This document shows positions 26,037 to 35,787 of a stretch of 64,000 nt of DNA, piece by piece. The notes below the pieces were generated by a model. It searched no databases. It was not told the origin of the DNA and saw only the letters and a list, made by a program, of their open reading frames with translations. Origin of the DNA: an uncultured Treponema sp. (GTDB taxonomy: Bacteria; Spirochaetota; Spirochaetia; Treponematales; Treponemataceae); assembly GCA_937876905.1 (NCBI GenBank), contig CALEFI010000003.1, positions 6,541-70,540 of the forward strand, read 5' to 3'. A program made the translations under genes and the position numbers. Every line of letters begins with the position of its first letter. The stretch's first letter is position 1.

Positions 26037-27140
26037 ATGAGCAAGAACAGGATCATTCGTTTTTTATCTTCCATTCGGCTGGCTATCATCCTCATGGCGA
26101 TTATCGCCGTCTTGTGCGTCATTGCCACGGTGATTCCCCAAAAACTGGATGACAGCCACTACACCAGTCAATTCGGGGCAATCGGAAAATCCATCATCAC
26201 CTTTTTGGGGTTCGACCACGTGTTTTCCTCCCCCTTGTTCTTTATCCTTGGCATTGCCTTTGCCATAAACCTGTTTGTCTGCACCTACGGACGCATTGAG
26301 ATTGCCGTCAAGCGGACAAGAAAAAGCGGAGCCTCCGTGGGAATCTGGGGTTCACCCATTCTGCACCTGGGACTCTGCATTCTCTTGGTTGGAGTGGCTC
26401 TGAGTCTTGTTTCAAAACACGAAATATACTATGAGATTCCTGTGGGAGAGACCGTCACTGTTGCGGGGAAAGATGGAGGCTTTGCCCTCACCCTCAATGA
26501 TTTTTCCGTGGACTATTACGAGGACAACATCTCTCCCAAGCAATACAGAAGTTTCGTCACAGTGCACAGACCGAAGCTGGAGCCTGTCCCCATGGAAATC
26601 CAAGTGAATTCCCCTGTGAAATACAACGGTGTCTCCATCATGCAGCAGTCCTTCGGCTGGGAAATCCTGGTGACATTGAGCACAGGTCAGGCCAGCACCC
26701 AGTTGAAAATCAAGGACGAGGACTGGATTGTCATGAACGAAAGCCCGGAGGGAAACACCATCCTGGGCATTGCATTCTATCCAGACTACGATGAGGAGCA
26801 AGGCATTGCCCAGATACGAAGCCATCGTGCCGACAATCCACACATTGTCTGGGTGCTGCAGGAAGGAGATGAGCCGGTGGCCATCGACACCCTGGCACAG
26901 GGAGAGACAAGCCTCATTCAGGAGCCGCTGAGCATTACATTTGATGGCTATCGCTACTATAGTGGACTTCAAATGAAGTATGACCCAGGAATTCCGATAA
27001 TCTTTTGTGGATTCCTGCTTATTTGTCTAGGACTGCTGATGATGTATGTTCTTGGTGGCAGGGACAGGAAAGCTGCCTTCAGAATGAGCGGAGCCGACGT
27101 TGACAGCAAGGATACAGTCAAAAAGAAAACGCCAGAATAA
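26037..27140 (+). CDS. ccsB: ResB/CcsB-like cytochrome c biogenesis protein (system II)
   Basis: N-terminus FLSSIRLAIILMAIIAVLCVIATVIPQ is typical of ResB. TM helices flank a large soluble loop. Located immediately upstream of ccsA. Confidence 0.7.
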   Translation: MSKNRIIRFLSSIRLAIILMAIIAVLCVIATVIPQKLDDSHYTSQFGAIGKSIITFLGFDHVFSSPLFFILGIAFAINLFVCTYGRIEIAVKRTRKSGASVGIWGSPILHLGLCILLVGVALSLVSKHEIYYEIPVGETVTVAGKDGGFALTLNDFSVDYYEDNISPKQYRSFVTVHRPKLEPVPMEIQVNSPVKYNGVSIMQQSFGWEILVTLSTGQASTQLKIKDEDWIVMNESPEGNTILGIAFYPDYDEEQGIAQIRSHRADNPHIVWVLQEGDEPVAIDTLAQGETSLIQEPLSITFDGYRYYSGLQMKYDPGIPIIFCGFLLICLGLLMMYVLGGRDRKAAFRMSGADVDSKDTVKKKTPE

Positions 27141-27181
27141 TTAAATCCATAGAATTTTAGACTTTCCAAAGGAGCAAATGT

Positions 27182-28000
27182 ATGATAAGATTAACCGACA
27201 ACATTGACTATTTTGCATTCACCTTGGCTATCATGGCAACAACAGCCATGGTTTTGAATCTCTGGCTAAAGAAAGACTGGCTGCAAAAAGCAACCGTCGC
27301 CTTGGCCTGCGGTTCCACCCTGTTGATGCTGGCTGAATTGATTGTGAGGACAGTCCAAACAAGAAGGATTCCCGTGAACAGTGTTTACGAATTCATACTG
27401 TTCTTTTCCTTTGTCCTTCTTGCCCTCTCCGTCTTCTGGCTTGTCAAGGTCAAAATTAATGTTGTTGCAGCCTTTGTTTTGGCAGTAGCGACGGCGCTGA
27501 TTGGCGTGAGTTTTGGCTTGTCCGATGCCATTGCCCCACTCATGCCCGCCCTGCAGAGTCGCTGGCGTGTTGTCCATGTGCTGACCGCCATCGTTTCTTA
27601 CAGTGCTTTTACTGTGGCCTTCGGGATTGCATTGTTCTACATAATTACAATTCCCAGAAGGGTTCCGGCAGGGGGGCTTTCCACAGAAAAGGCCGAACGA
27701 AGCCTTTTCCTTGAAAGGCTGATGTTCAATTCTGTGGTGGTAGGATTCATCTTCCTCACACTGCTGCTCATCACCGGCTCGATTTGGGCAGAGGAGGCGT
27801 GGGGAGCTTGGTGGAGTTGGGATCCCAAGGAGACTTGGGCTCTCATTACTTGGATTATCTATGCGGTGTACATGCATTTGCATTCAAAACCCTTTTGGAA
27901 GGGGCACAAGGGTTGCTACCTGTCGGTAGCTGGGTTTGCCTGCGTCTTATTTACACTTTTAGGAGTGTCTTTTTTGATGGGAGGCTTGCACAGCTATTGA
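27182..28000 (+). CDS. ccsA: Cytochrome c assembly protein CcsA/ResC
   Basis: Polytopic membrane protein with the tryptophan-rich WWD motif WGAWWSWDPKETWALITW and flanking His residues. Confidence 0.85.
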   Translation: MIRLTDNIDYFAFTLAIMATTAMVLNLWLKKDWLQKATVALACGSTLLMLAELIVRTVQTRRIPVNSVYEFILFFSFVLLALSVFWLVKVKINVVAAFVLAVATALIGVSFGLSDAIAPLMPALQSRWRVVHVLTAIVSYSAFTVAFGIALFYIITIPRRVPAGGLSTEKAERSLFLERLMFNSVVVGFIFLTLLLITGSIWAEEAWGAWWSWDPKETWALITWIIYAVYMHLHSKPFWKGHKGCYLSVAGFACVLFTLLGVSFLMGGLHSY

Positions 28001-28071
28001 TGGAAAGTATATTTTAATTTAATTTGTTAGTGTCCAGGACAACTGGACACTAACAAACAAAGGATGGAATC

Positions 28072-29355
28072 ATGAGCGATTTTGACGTTATCGTGGTTGG
28101 TGCCGGTCTTGCAGGTAACACAGCAGCATACCTGATGGCAAAGGCCGGGCTGGGGGTTCTGGTCATCGAACGGAGCGAGACCATAGGCGGCAAGAACGTC
28201 ACCGGTGGACGTATGTACAGCCATAGTCTGGAAAAGATTTTTCCAGACTTTGCCAAGGAAGCTCCCTTGGGACGCCGCATCATCAAGGAGCGCATCTCCA
28301 TGTTGACTGCCGACAGTGCGACAACATTCGAGTATGCTGCTGAAAAATTAGGCGAGCAGGGCAAGGCCACCTATGCTGTCCTGCGCGCCGAGTTTGATCC
28401 TTGGCTCGCCGGTAAAGCTGAGGAAGCCGGTGCCGAATACGTGACAGGAATCCGTGTTGACGAGGTGCTGGTAAAGGACGGCAAGGTCTGTGGTGTCATT
28501 GCAGGCGGTGACGAGATGACGGCCGATGTAGTGCTTTTGGCAGATGGCGTGAATTCCTTGCTGGCCCAGCAGTTGGGCATGAAGAAGGAGTTGCACCCCA
28601 CGCAGGTTGCAGTCGGTGTCAAGGAAGTCATCAAGATTGGCAAGCAGAAAATCAACGACCGCTTTGGCGTGGCCGACGGTGATGGTGTGGCTTGGCTCTT
28701 TGCAGGAGATACCACTGGCGGTAGCATCGGCGGTGGATTCATCTACACAAACCAGGACAGCCTTTCCGTAGGCATTGTAACCACCATCGCAGAAATTGGA
28801 CGCAACGACATCGCTCCCCGTGACATGGTCGAGCGGCTTAAGGCTCATCCCATCGTGCAGCCCCTTATCAAAGATGGAGAGGTGGTTGAGTACGCAGCCC
28901 ACCTGGTAACGGAGGGGGGCTATGACATGATTCCCACCTTGTATCGTGACAATGTACTGGTGGCTGGTGACGCAGCTGCATTCGTTATGAACCTTGGATT
29001 CACCATCCGCGGTATGGATTTGTGTATCGAGTCTGGACGCTTGGCAGCCGAGACCATCATCAAGGCAAAGGAAGCCGGAGACTACAGCGCCAAGACCCTG
29101 TCCCAGTACAAGACGGCCTTGGACAATAGCTTCATTATGAAGGACATGATGCATTTCCGCAAGATGCCCAAGTTCATCGAGAACCACCGCATCTTCACCC
29201 AGTATCCCGCCTTGGCAGACAAGATTATGAGTGACCTGTTCATCATGTACGGACAGGAGCCGGTCAAGTTCAAGAAGAAGGCTATGGCGGCAGTCAAGGA
29301 TGTAGGTTTGATGAACCTTCTCAAAGATGGAATGAGTGCAATGGGGGCAATGTAA
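28072..29355 (+). CDS. fixC: FixC-like FAD-dependent oxidoreductase (ETF:quinone oxidoreductase type)
   Basis: DVIVVGAGLAGNTAAYLMAKAG dinucleotide fold. Its stop overlaps the fixX start (TAATG). Confidence 0.8.
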   Translation: MSDFDVIVVGAGLAGNTAAYLMAKAGLGVLVIERSETIGGKNVTGGRMYSHSLEKIFPDFAKEAPLGRRIIKERISMLTADSATTFEYAAEKLGEQGKATYAVLRAEFDPWLAGKAEEAGAEYVTGIRVDEVLVKDGKVCGVIAGGDEMTADVVLLADGVNSLLAQQLGMKKELHPTQVAVGVKEVIKIGKQKINDRFGVADGDGVAWLFAGDTTGGSIGGGFIYTNQDSLSVGIVTTIAEIGRNDIAPRDMVERLKAHPIVQPLIKDGEVVEYAAHLVTEGGYDMIPTLYRDNVLVAGDAAAFVMNLGFTIRGMDLCIESGRLAAETIIKAKEAGDYSAKTLSQYKTALDNSFIMKDMMHFRKMPKFIENHRIFTQYPALADKIMSDLFIMYGQEPVKFKKKAMAAVKDVGLMNLLKDGMSAMGAM

Positions 29356-29639
29356 TGGCAATGTCAATTGATGATAAGCTGGGTCTTAACAAATTTAATG
29401 CAGACATGAGTTGGAGCCACATCGATGTGGACAAGAATCATCCCAATAAGGAAGAGATTCGCAAGGTTGTGTTAGCTTGTCCTGCACATCTGTATCGTGA
29501 GGAGGAGGACGGTTCCGTCCGCTTCAACCATGAGGGATGCCTTGAGTGTGGAACCTGCCGTGTCGTAAGTGGTGGAAAGGTTGTCAAGAAGTGGGAGCAT
29601 CCCCAGGGCGGCAAGGGTGTCCAATTCCGCAAGGGGTGA
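29355..29639 (+). CDS. fixX: FixX ferredoxin-like protein
   Basis: 94 aa. CPAHLY...GCLECGTCRV cysteine pattern. Confidence 0.8.
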   Translation: MAMSIDDKLGLNKFNADMSWSHIDVDKNHPNKEEIRKVVLACPAHLYREEEDGSVRFNHEGCLECGTCRVVSGGKVVKKWEHPQGGKGVQFRKG

Positions 29640-29643
29640 ACAT

Positions 29644-30597
29644 ATGAAAGAAGAACAGCAGGTTGTAATGGGAAAATTGACACTTCAGATAATTATTGAC
29701 TGTTGTACACCAAAGGCGATATGGCTTTCGGCTCTTGCTCCTGCTGTTCTTGGTGTTTTCTTTGCTATGGAAACCGGGGTGTCATTGTCGGCACCTCTGG
29801 TTGCCATAGTAATATTGATTCCAGTTCTTTTCAATGCAAGCATCAATTTAATAAACGATTATTTTGATTATATAAAGGGCAATGACACAGCAGAGAATAT
29901 TTATGGCAACAGTGATGCCCCCTTGGCCTTCAATAAGATACAGAACCCAAAGCCTGTTCTGTGGGCGGGCTTTCTCTGTCTTTTGATAGGCAGTTTGCTG
30001 GGTATCTATGTAATTAATCAAGCTGGTGTCAAGCCATTGATTATTGGAGGGATTGGAGCCCTCGCTGTCCTCACCTATTCAGGCTGGAAAACATCCGTCT
30101 CTTATCTCCCCATCGGGGAGCCAGTGGCAGGATTTGTAATGGGAGGACTAATTCCTTTGGGGGTATACACTAGCCTGACAGGTACCATAGACTGGTTTAT
30201 TCTTTACAAGAGCATTCCCATGATGTTGATTGTCTCCCAATTTATGCTGGTGAATAATACCTGCGACATGGAGCGGGACAAGGCCGTCGGGCGCAAGACA
30301 CTTTCTATTGTCATAGGCAGAGAAAATGCCCACAAGGTAGCAGCCTGTTTTACCTTCCTGTGGATTTTTACCATGCTCCATGTAAGCCTCTTTTGGTATA
30401 CCTTGGGCAGTCCCATAATAATTGCAATGATAGTTAAATTGAGAAAACAGTTTGTAACGATATACACAGGACCCCGATTAAGCACAACCAAAATCCCGGA
30501 TGTTTGGAACATGGTTCAGGTTGCCACAGGTGTCGGTGTGTTTTATCCAGTTTCTATTCTTTTGCATATACTCTTAATCAAGCTGATGATGTTGTGA
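29644..30597 (+). CDS. menA: UbiA-family prenyltransferase, MenA-like (DHNA polyprenyltransferase)
   Basis: Polytopic membrane protein with NLINDYFDYIKGND and a second Asp-rich region NNTCDMERD. ATG 29644 was chosen over the overlapping track start. Confidence 0.65.
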   Translation: MKEEQQVVMGKLTLQIIIDCCTPKAIWLSALAPAVLGVFFAMETGVSLSAPLVAIVILIPVLFNASINLINDYFDYIKGNDTAENIYGNSDAPLAFNKIQNPKPVLWAGFLCLLIGSLLGIYVINQAGVKPLIIGGIGALAVLTYSGWKTSVSYLPIGEPVAGFVMGGLIPLGVYTSLTGTIDWFILYKSIPMMLIVSQFMLVNNTCDMERDKAVGRKTLSIVIGRENAHKVAACFTFLWIFTMLHVSLFWYTLGSPIIIAMIVKLRKQFVTIYTGPRLSTTKIPDVWNMVQVATGVGVFYPVSILLHILLIKLMML

Positions 30598-30613
30598 CAG
30601 GAGTTTCCATTTC

Positions 30614-31618
30614 ATGTTTTTCAATGCTTTACCCGAATTAAAGGAAGAACTTGCACAAGTATCTTGTGAAATGGAAAGCCTTTTACCAGAGGATTGGAAC
30701 CAAGGTACTGTTGGGGAAATCATAGATGATGTTATGAACAGTCGTGGCAAAGGAGTCCGTCCGAGTCTTCTCCTTTTGATGGCAAAACTTGGCCCGAATT
30801 ATACCCAGTGCAAGTCCCGTATCTTTCGCCTCGGCGCCTTGTCGGAATTTATCCACATGGCATCCTTAATTCATGATGACATAATTGATGATTCTCACAT
30901 AAGGAGAGGACAACCTACAATACAAGCGAAATATGGCAAGGATATGGCTGTTTATGCCGGCGACTTGATTCTTGGTCAAACCCTACTCATCATTTTGCGT
31001 GATAAACTACAAGACTCTGGAATGCTTCTGGCCCAGACCATCCAAGACATGTGCAAGGGTGAGATAAATCAGGCAGCCTGCCGTTACAAGGTTTCTGTCA
31101 CCGAGGATGAATATTACCAGAACATTTATGGCAAGACAGTATCCATGTTTGTTAGCGTCTGTAGAATTGGTGGCATGGAAAGCGGCTGCTCTGACAAGGT
31201 TGTCGATTTGATGGGAACCATTGGCCTTCACTTGGGGTATTTGTTCCAGATTCGGGACGACCTTCTTGACTTCAGCCTACATGATATGGGAGATATAAAA
31301 TCCATACGCCTCGATTTTCAAGAGGGCATCTTGACTCTCCCAGTCATTTACACCCTCAAAAATCCCCTGTGTAAAGCTGGCGTGGAGGATTTAATTGAAC
31401 TAGCCCGGACTGGCAGCCTTACTGATGATGACATGGTGCACCTAGATACATTTATCATGCAGGCAAAAGGTTTTGAAAAAACAGTTCAAGTAGCAGAAGG
31501 CCACCGACAGAAGATACTGGACTTGCTCTCCTCCCTGCCACAACACGACAAGAAAACCATCATGCTCATCCAGCACCTTCTTTCCAAGCTACCACTTCCC
31601 AAGCCACCTAAAAAATAA
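30614..31618 (+). CDS. Long-chain polyprenyl diphosphate synthase
   Basis: FARM motif LIHDDIIDDSHIRRG and SARM motif FQIRDDLLDF. Confidence 0.85.
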   Translation: MFFNALPELKEELAQVSCEMESLLPEDWNQGTVGEIIDDVMNSRGKGVRPSLLLLMAKLGPNYTQCKSRIFRLGALSEFIHMASLIHDDIIDDSHIRRGQPTIQAKYGKDMAVYAGDLILGQTLLIILRDKLQDSGMLLAQTIQDMCKGEINQAACRYKVSVTEDEYYQNIYGKTVSMFVSVCRIGGMESGCSDKVVDLMGTIGLHLGYLFQIRDDLLDFSLHDMGDIKSIRLDFQEGILTLPVIYTLKNPLCKAGVEDLIELARTGSLTDDDMVHLDTFIMQAKGFEKTVQVAEGHRQKILDLLSSLPQHDKKTIMLIQHLLSKLPLPKPPKK

Positions 31619-31682
31619 TTTTTACCTGCCCCCAAACTACTAAACTACATTTTTCACTCACAAAGCCAACTATTTTCTATAA

Positions 31683-31717
31683 GAAAAAAAACAGGGCTGC
31701 CCAAAGGACAGCCCTGT
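31683..31717 (-). terminator. Intrinsic terminator after the acyl-CoA dehydrogenase gene
   Basis: ACAGGGCTG-9nt-CAGCCCTGT hairpin (31691-31717), followed on the minus strand by a T8 run (31683-31690). Confidence 0.7.
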
Positions 31718-31750
31718 ATCAGTCAAGACACTATCTTGCCGTAAGGATAA

Positions 31751-32899
31751 TTAGTTAATCCCCATCTTGCCAGAGATAACAATCTTCTGAACCTCAGAGG
31801 TTCCCTCGTAGATCTCGGTGATCTTTGCATCACGCATAAAGCGCTCGAAGGGGAACTCCCGGGTATAACCCATACCACCAACCAACTGGAGACAGCGGCG
31901 GGTAACATCGGAAGCAACCTCAGAAGCAAACAACTTACCCTGAGCTGAGTAGAATCCCAATTCAGGATCGTCCTCGTCCTTACAACGGGCAGCCTTGTAC
32001 AACAGGAGGCGAGCAGCGTTGACCTTGGTCTGCATATCTGCCAATTCGAACTGTGTGTTCTGGAACTGGCTGATACGCTTGCCGAACTGTACACGCTCCT
32101 TGACATACTTGATACACTCGTTGATGGCACCCTGAGCAATACCCAGAGCCTGAGCACCGATACTGACACGTCCACCGTCAAGGGTCTTCATAGCAACCTT
32201 GAATCCCTCTCCGATAGTTCCAAGCAAGCGATCCTTGGGAATCTTGCAGTCTTCAAAGAAGAGCTGGCAGGTGGAAGAACCCTTGATACCCATCTTCTTT
32301 TCGTGGGGACCAACAGTGAATCCAGCATCACCCTTCTCTACGATGAATGCGGTAATTCCACCACGAGTTCCCTTGGACTTGTCTGTAGCAGCAAAGATAA
32401 CGAAGATTTCTGCATAACCAGCGTTGGTGATGAAAATCTTTGAACCGTTCAGCAGCCAGTGATCACCCTTGTCAACAGCAGTGGTTTCTGTTCCACCAGC
32501 ATCAGAACCAGCATTAGGCTCAGTAAGACCGAAGGCTCCCAACTTTCTTCCAGAAGCCAACTCTGTCAGATACTTCTTCTTCTGTTCCTCAGTTCCATAG
32601 TAGCTAATGGGCCAAGCACAAAGTGAAGTATGAGCAGCAACCATAACAGAAGTGGTACCACAGACCTCTGCCAGTTTCTCACACACTACAGCATAAGTAA
32701 GGAATGACATTCCCTGTCCTTCGTATGCTGTATCGAAAGCGATACCAAACATACCCATGTCTGCAAGTTCCTTCCATGTTTCAACGGGGAACTCTTCCTT
32801 CTCGTCCACGTCATGTGCACGAGGAGCAACCTTTTCTGCAGCATACTGAGAAATCATGTCAACAATACTCTGCTCATCCTCTGTGAATTTAAAATTCAT
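31751..32899 (-). CDS. Short-chain (butyryl-CoA-type) acyl-CoA dehydrogenase
   Basis: ACAD family pattern: FGLTEPNAGSD, the C-terminal catalytic Glu region YEGTSEVQ, and the 382-aa size. Lies downstream of etfBA. Confidence 0.85.
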   Translation of the reverse strand: MNFKFTEDEQSIVDMISQYAAEKVAPRAHDVDEKEEFPVETWKELADMGMFGIAFDTAYEGQGMSFLTYAVVCEKLAEVCGTTSVMVAAHTSLCAWPISYYGTEEQKKKYLTELASGRKLGAFGLTEPNAGSDAGGTETTAVDKGDHWLLNGSKIFITNAGYAEIFVIFAATDKSKGTRGGITAFIVEKGDAGFTVGPHEKKMGIKGSSTCQLFFEDCKIPKDRLLGTIGEGFKVAMKTLDGGRVSIGAQALGIAQGAINECIKYVKERVQFGKRISQFQNTQFELADMQTKVNAARLLLYKAARCKDEDDPELGFYSAQGKLFASEVASDVTRRCLQLVGGMGYTREFPFERFMRDAKITEIYEGTSEVQKIVISGKMGIN

Positions 32900-32964
32900 T
32901 CTCTTTCCTCCTTATGGAAATTTATTTTTATTCCCCCACCCAATGCAGGGGAATATATAACCAA

Positions 32965-33978
32965 TTAGCCACGTGCCTTCTTGATTTCCTCAATCAGAAC
33001 AGGCAACACATCGAAGAGGTTTCCAACAACACCGTAGTCAGCACGGTTGAAGATGGGAGCCTCGGGATCCTTGTTGACCGCAACAACGCAGTCAGCCCCA
33101 CTGATACCAGCCAAGTGCTGGATTGCGCCAGAAATACCACAAGCGATATAGAGCTTGGGAGAAACAGTCTTTCCAGTCTGTCCGACCTGGTGTGCATAAG
33201 GAATCCAGCCTGCGTCAACTGCCGCACGGGAAGAACCAACCTCAGCCTTCAACTCCTTTGCCAACTCACGGATGATGTTGAATCCATCCGGGCCACCAAC
33301 ACCACGTCCACCGGAAACGATGATTTCAGCTCCCTCCAAGTCAACCTTGTCGGCAGACATATCAGCCAGCACCTCCAGAACCTGGGTACGAATCTGGTCT
33401 GGAGAAACCTTTACTTCCTCACGGATAATCTCAGCATTGCCTCCGACAAGTTCCCTCTTGAACACACCAGGACGAACAGTACCCATCTGGGGAGTGTGAT
33501 CAGGGCACTTGATGGTGGCCATCAGGTTTCCACCAAAGGCAGGGCGTGTCCATGCCACGATGGTAGAACCATCCTCAAGCTGATCAACGTCAAGCGCAGT
33601 ACAGTCAGCCACAAGACCAGTATCCAGACGAGCATTTACACGGGGGCCTAAGTCACGTCCATTATTGGTAGCGCCCAGCATCGCACTCAAAGGCTGATAC
33701 TTCTTCATCAGCTCACAAACGGCGATGGTATAAGCATCCGTAGTATACTTCTTATACACCTCATCGTCAACAACAACAATCTGGTCAGCACCATGCTCCT
33801 GCACAGCCTTGACAGCAGCATCAACATTATAACCAATGACAAGGGCAACTAGCTTTCCACCCTGCTTCTGGGCCATCATCCTACCAGGAGTCAACAACTC
33901 CAAGCCCACATTCTTTGCGGAACCATCCTCATTTGTCTCAACAATTACCCAAAGATCGTTGGTCTTATTGCATTTCAT
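32965..33978 (-). CDS. etfA: Electron transfer flavoprotein alpha subunit
   Basis: C-terminal FAD-binding pattern VSGGRGVG...LYIACGISGAIQHLAG. Confidence 0.9.
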   Translation of the reverse strand: MKCNKTNDLWVIVETNEDGSAKNVGLELLTPGRMMAQKQGGKLVALVIGYNVDAAVKAVQEHGADQIVVVDDEVYKKYTTDAYTIAVCELMKKYQPLSAMLGATNNGRDLGPRVNARLDTGLVADCTALDVDQLEDGSTIVAWTRPAFGGNLMATIKCPDHTPQMGTVRPGVFKRELVGGNAEIIREEVKVSPDQIRTQVLEVLADMSADKVDLEGAEIIVSGGRGVGGPDGFNIIRELAKELKAEVGSSRAAVDAGWIPYAHQVGQTGKTVSPKLYIACGISGAIQHLAGISGADCVVAVNKDPEAPIFNRADYGVVGNLFDVLPVLIEEIKKARG

Positions 33979-33997
33979 ACTCTCTTCTCCCCTTCCT

Positions 33998-34801
33998 TTA
34001 GATAATGCTGTTATCGTTCAGCATCTTGAACAACTCTTTTGCACCTTCTTCCGGTGTATCTTTCTCAATCTTAATTCCACCTTCCCGCTTCGGAGGAACA
34101 AAACTCTTCTTAACCTTAGTGGGAGAACCATTGAGTCCGAGACGAACTTCCTCAATCCCGGCCAAATCTGCAACAGAAATGTTAGGAATCTCGGCCTTGT
34201 TTGCGGCAAGCTTACGCTTGATGTTAGGATAGCGAACTTCCCATGAGGGCTGTGTATAGGTAATGAGACAAGGCATCTTTGTACCGACAATCTCAAATCC
34301 ATCGTCAGTCTGCTTCTTTACCTTCAGCGTGTCACCAGCAACCTCAACCTCCCAGCAGTTTGTGACCTGGGGAACGTCCAGCCACTCAGCAAGCTCCGGG
34401 CCAACCTGTCCAGTATCACCATCGATAGCCTGCTTTCCGCAGAAAATTGCATCAAACTTGCCTTCCAACTCCTCCAGCTTCTTTACAGTCATCTTGAGGA
34501 CATAGCTAGTGGCAATGGTGTCAGAACCACCGAACTTGCGGTCAGTAACCAAGTAAGCCTTGTCGGCAGCAATGGCAAGACACTCCCTCAATGCCTTTTC
34601 AGCCTGGGGAGGTCCCATGGTGACAACCACAATCTTGGCATTGGGGTCAGCATCCTTGATACGTGCAGCCGCCTCCAATGCATAGGTGTCAAAAGGATTG
34701 ACAATGCTAGGCACACCTTCACGAATAAGGGTGTTCTTTACCGGATCAATCTTGATTTCTGTCGTGTCCGGAACTTGTTTGATACAAACAAGAATATTCA
34801 T
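33998..34801 (-). CDS. etfB: Electron transfer flavoprotein beta subunit
   Basis: MNILVCIKQVPDT...NPFD...AIDGDTGQVGP. Confidence 0.9.
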   Translation of the reverse strand: MNILVCIKQVPDTTEIKIDPVKNTLIREGVPSIVNPFDTYALEAAARIKDADPNAKIVVVTMGPPQAEKALRECLAIAADKAYLVTDRKFGGSDTIATSYVLKMTVKKLEELEGKFDAIFCGKQAIDGDTGQVGPELAEWLDVPQVTNCWEVEVAGDTLKVKKQTDDGFEIVGTKMPCLITYTQPSWEVRYPNIKRKLAANKAEIPNISVADLAGIEEVRLGLNGSPTKVKKSFVPPKREGGIKIEKDTPEEGAKELFKMLNDNSII

Positions 34802-35121
34802 ATCTTCGTACCTCCTGTATCTGCGATCCGCTCTAAGATGTTCGCTATGAATAATGTACTTTCTCTACTTTAACACTGCTTCTCCAAAAAAGCAAGGAGA
34901 AAAAAACAAAAATTTCTAAATATGTGTTGATTTCGGAAAAAAATATCGATACCCCACAATACAAATGCCGCCACACCACCTTTCGACGAGGGACATGAAA
35001 TTGCCATGCACAAAACAAGCCCCAAACGACAGGGTCATTTCATCAAAATTGCTTTCTTGGAGCTTGCTGTGGAGAAACCCAAGAACGCAGACTCCAACAA
35101 GAAGCCCACCTCGATGACACG

Positions 35122-35628
35122 TTACCTCACCAAAACCCTTTCCACCTCGCAAACATACATGAAATGATAATCTTTGTCGGGATAAATCTTCTGGTCAAGC
35201 TCTTTGTCCACAAAACACCTGGGATCCAGTTGCTGGGAAAACAACTTGCGGCATATCAGCACGAGGCGAGACTGCTCGAAATAAGGAACTCCATCCTCAT
35301 GGCACACAACAAGACCGGCCTTCGCAATCTTTGGCTCGTCACGGCCAGAAACAGTGCCCAAGTAACTCAGCTCCCTGCGAAACCCGTCCTCCAGCACACA
35401 GAGAGAAAGTCCACTTGAACCATCCACAAACTCCTTGGTGTAGCGCTGCGGGCGGATAAAGATGAAGGCCACGTCCTTATGCCACATCACACCAAAACCA
35501 CCCCACGATGCAGTCATGGTGTTCACCCTATCGTCAACCTCTGCGGTAACCAGCAACCAATCCTTTCCAATGGTAGAAAAGGCATTCACTGAAAGCTCCT
35601 CTGGCTTGATTCTTCTGAATTCATTCAT
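35122..35628 (-). CDS. Flavin reductase-like (flavoredoxin family) protein
   Basis: NTMTASWGGFGVMWHKDVAFIFIRPQRYT. The start is ambiguous between 35664 and 35628, and neither has a clear RBS. Confidence 0.65.
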   Translation of the reverse strand: MNEFRRIKPEELSVNAFSTIGKDWLLVTAEVDDRVNTMTASWGGFGVMWHKDVAFIFIRPQRYTKEFVDGSSGLSLCVLEDGFRRELSYLGTVSGRDEPKIAKAGLVVCHEDGVPYFEQSRLVLICRKLFSQQLDPRCFVDKELDQKIYPDKDYHFMYVCEVERVLVR

Positions 35629-35699
35629 AGTGCAAATGATAACGCTAGAACCAGCTTTCTGCAATCTTGCCCTCAGCAGGGAATTCCATGCTTTATCAA

Positions 35700-35728
35700 T
35701 TGACAGATGTATTACAAATTTGTATTAT
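35700..35728 (+). promoter_or_regulatory. ahpC promoter with a palindromic operator in the spacer
   Basis: TTGACA (35700-35705), 17 nt, TATTAT (35723-35728). The perfect palindrome TACAAATTTGTA (35713-35724) overlaps the spacer and -10. Confidence 0.45.
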
Positions 35729-35787
35729 CTACAAAGCAGTTGCATAAGCTAACTTGTGTAGCTGATATTTTTTCAAGGAGTTTTGCT

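Noticed and set aside
35629-35664. Longer start for the flavin reductase-like gene (MQKAGSSVIICT...)
   Set aside because: The family alignment usually begins near MNEF...IKPEEL, and neither start has an RBS. It is recorded as an ambiguity rather than a separate feature.
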